NCBI GenBank assembly: GCA_963717525.1
Contig: OY970343.1
Coordinates: 1,184,001 to 1,248,000, forward strand
Length of the DNA stretch: 64,000 nt
Direction: 5' to 3'
Source: an uncultured Methanoregulaceae archaeon
GTDB lineage: Archaea > Halobacteriota > Methanomicrobia > Methanomicrobiales > Methanospirillaceae
Shown here: piece after piece, positions 62,823 through 64,000 of the stretch
Layout of the letters: every line of letters starts with the position of its first letter
How positions within the stretch are numbered: the stretch's first letter is position 1
Notes under the pieces: model-generated
The model's database searches: none
What the model saw: the letters and a program-made list of their open reading frames with translations, nothing else
What the model was told of the DNA's origin: nothing
Program-made: the position numbers and the translations under genes

Positions 62823-63060
62823 GCCGTACTATTGACGATACCAGATAAAATGCTTGCCGGGATGCCACGTGCCAATCTGAACAGAGCATACGCGAACCTT
62901 TCACAAGAAATTGCCGCGTATAACCCGGGGTGTAGCCGCCTCAAGAGGGTGCAGCCGGATAGTGTGGCAGTTCTTCGGGAGAGAGTACCAGGACACCGAC
63001 AAATATCTTTTTCTCGGCAAACATCCCACGGTTGAACGTAGAGACGGAGGGAAAAGCAGA

Positions 63061-64000
63061 ATGGATGATCCAGAACTCCAGGGTGATGAACAGATACTTA
63101 TCCGGACCCAGGGGGTCCATGTAAAATCGATCTCTTTTGAGGCTATCCTCACCAACAGAGGAATTATCCTTGTTGACCGGTTAAAGAACCTCCTGCCTCC
63201 AAAGGAGATACCCCTTACAACCATCCAGTCCATTGAACCGGGAGAGAACGCAATCCGGGATCTTACCATAACGTTGGGAGTTATCACCAAGGCGGGAGGA
63301 GCGCGGCAGATGGTGCTGACCTTCTCCCGCGAAGGAGGGGGAAACAGGATCAAGGAGCGGGATGAATGGGTCCGCCAGATCCGGGGTTATATTATCCCCT
63401 CGTTTGAGCAGGTGATCCGTAAGGTTATCCCGGGAATAGACCCTCAGCAAGCAGGTCATGAGGATACAGCTCCATTCGGGATCAGGGCCGCGGTTCCTCT
63501 CGCACGTTCACCGGATTTATCCCAGCCTGCAAAAAAGATAATGGAAAATCCCCCTGAACCCTGGAACCCGGCACCTTCACCGGAGCCGGCACCGGAATCA
63601 ATTCTTGGCACATATTGCACCCGGTGCGGTACGAAAGTGCCCGAGGGATCCGGATTCTGCACCAAGTGCGGCACCCCGATTACGGGCCCGGGAGAGAACC
63701 CCGAGGTACCAGTTTCAGCTCCACTCTCTTCTATTCCTGTATTTACACCCCAAAAAGAGCGCCCGATCGACCGCAACATCCGTTCTGTTGACCCACTCAT
63801 TGAGAGATCAACGACGACTCTTCCTCTCGATACGCTCCCGGCAGCCAATCCCCTGCCAGAGGGAGTTCAACCTGTACTTTCTGGATCCGTACCGCCCAAA
63901 ATGGTCGTCCCGGAACAAACTTCCACAACCAAAGTTCCCCCTCCCACACACACCACAAAGAAGCGCTTTATGCCAAAACTCTTCTCCCCAAAAGACATGC
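63061..64000 (+). CDS. PH-like N-terminal domain + zinc-ribbon protein (3' partial, absent from the ORF track)
   Basis: Open frame from ATG 63061 (MDDPELQGDEQILIRTQ...AILTNRGIILVD...ERDEWVRQI), then a Pro-rich linker and YCTRCG......FCTKCG; I found no stop before the window end. Confidence 0.8.
   Translation, partial: MDDPELQGDEQILIRTQGVHVKSISFEAILTNRGIILVDRLKNLLPPKEIPLTTIQSIEPGENAIRDLTITLGVITKAGGARQMVLTFSREGGGNRIKERDEWVRQIRGYIIPSFEQVIRKVIPGIDPQQAGHEDTAPFGIRAAVPLARSPDLSQPAKKIMENPPEPWNPAPSPEPAPESILGTYCTRCGTKVPEGSGFCTKCGTPITGPGENPEVPVSAPLSSIPVFTPQKERPIDRNIRSVDPLIERSTTTLPLDTLPAANPLPEGVQPVLSGSVPPKMVVPEQTSTTKVPPPTHTTKKRFMPKLFSPKDM

Overview
This window is chromosomal DNA from a hydrogenotrophic methanogen, most likely Methanomicrobiales (Methanoregula-like). 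The assignment is inferred from fwdGDBAC, methanogenesis marker 14, archaeal ThrS/DnaG/GGGPS/CarS/Tes and multi-PAS kinases. Most of it is housekeeping: purB, thrS, dcd, topA, gatCAB, pyrC/E, purD, argF/G, carAB, tRNA-Leu(UAA) and lipid synthesis. The least ordinary part is 12.0-27.5 kb, where the fwd operon sits inside a sulfur/redox cluster. That cluster holds two paralogous three-domain proteins that look like single-chain TusB-TusD-TusC (DsrH-E-F) fusions, a cysteine desulfurase with a coupled small partner, a Dsr-like sulfite reductase, an MBL-fold protein, an insert-bearing rubredoxin and an OsmC + double-cubane protein + ATP-dependent activase operon. An unannotated two-hairpin H/ACA-type guide RNA lies between pyrC and the DUF167 gene. 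There are several intergenic repeat or palindrome elements (about 9.0, 43.6 and 58.2-58.6 kb). About 11 single-base frameshifts, several in essential genes, indicate sequencing or assembly indels rather than true pseudogenes. I saw no CRISPR array, rRNA, transposase or integrase. All family calls come from motif recognition by eye, without database searches.
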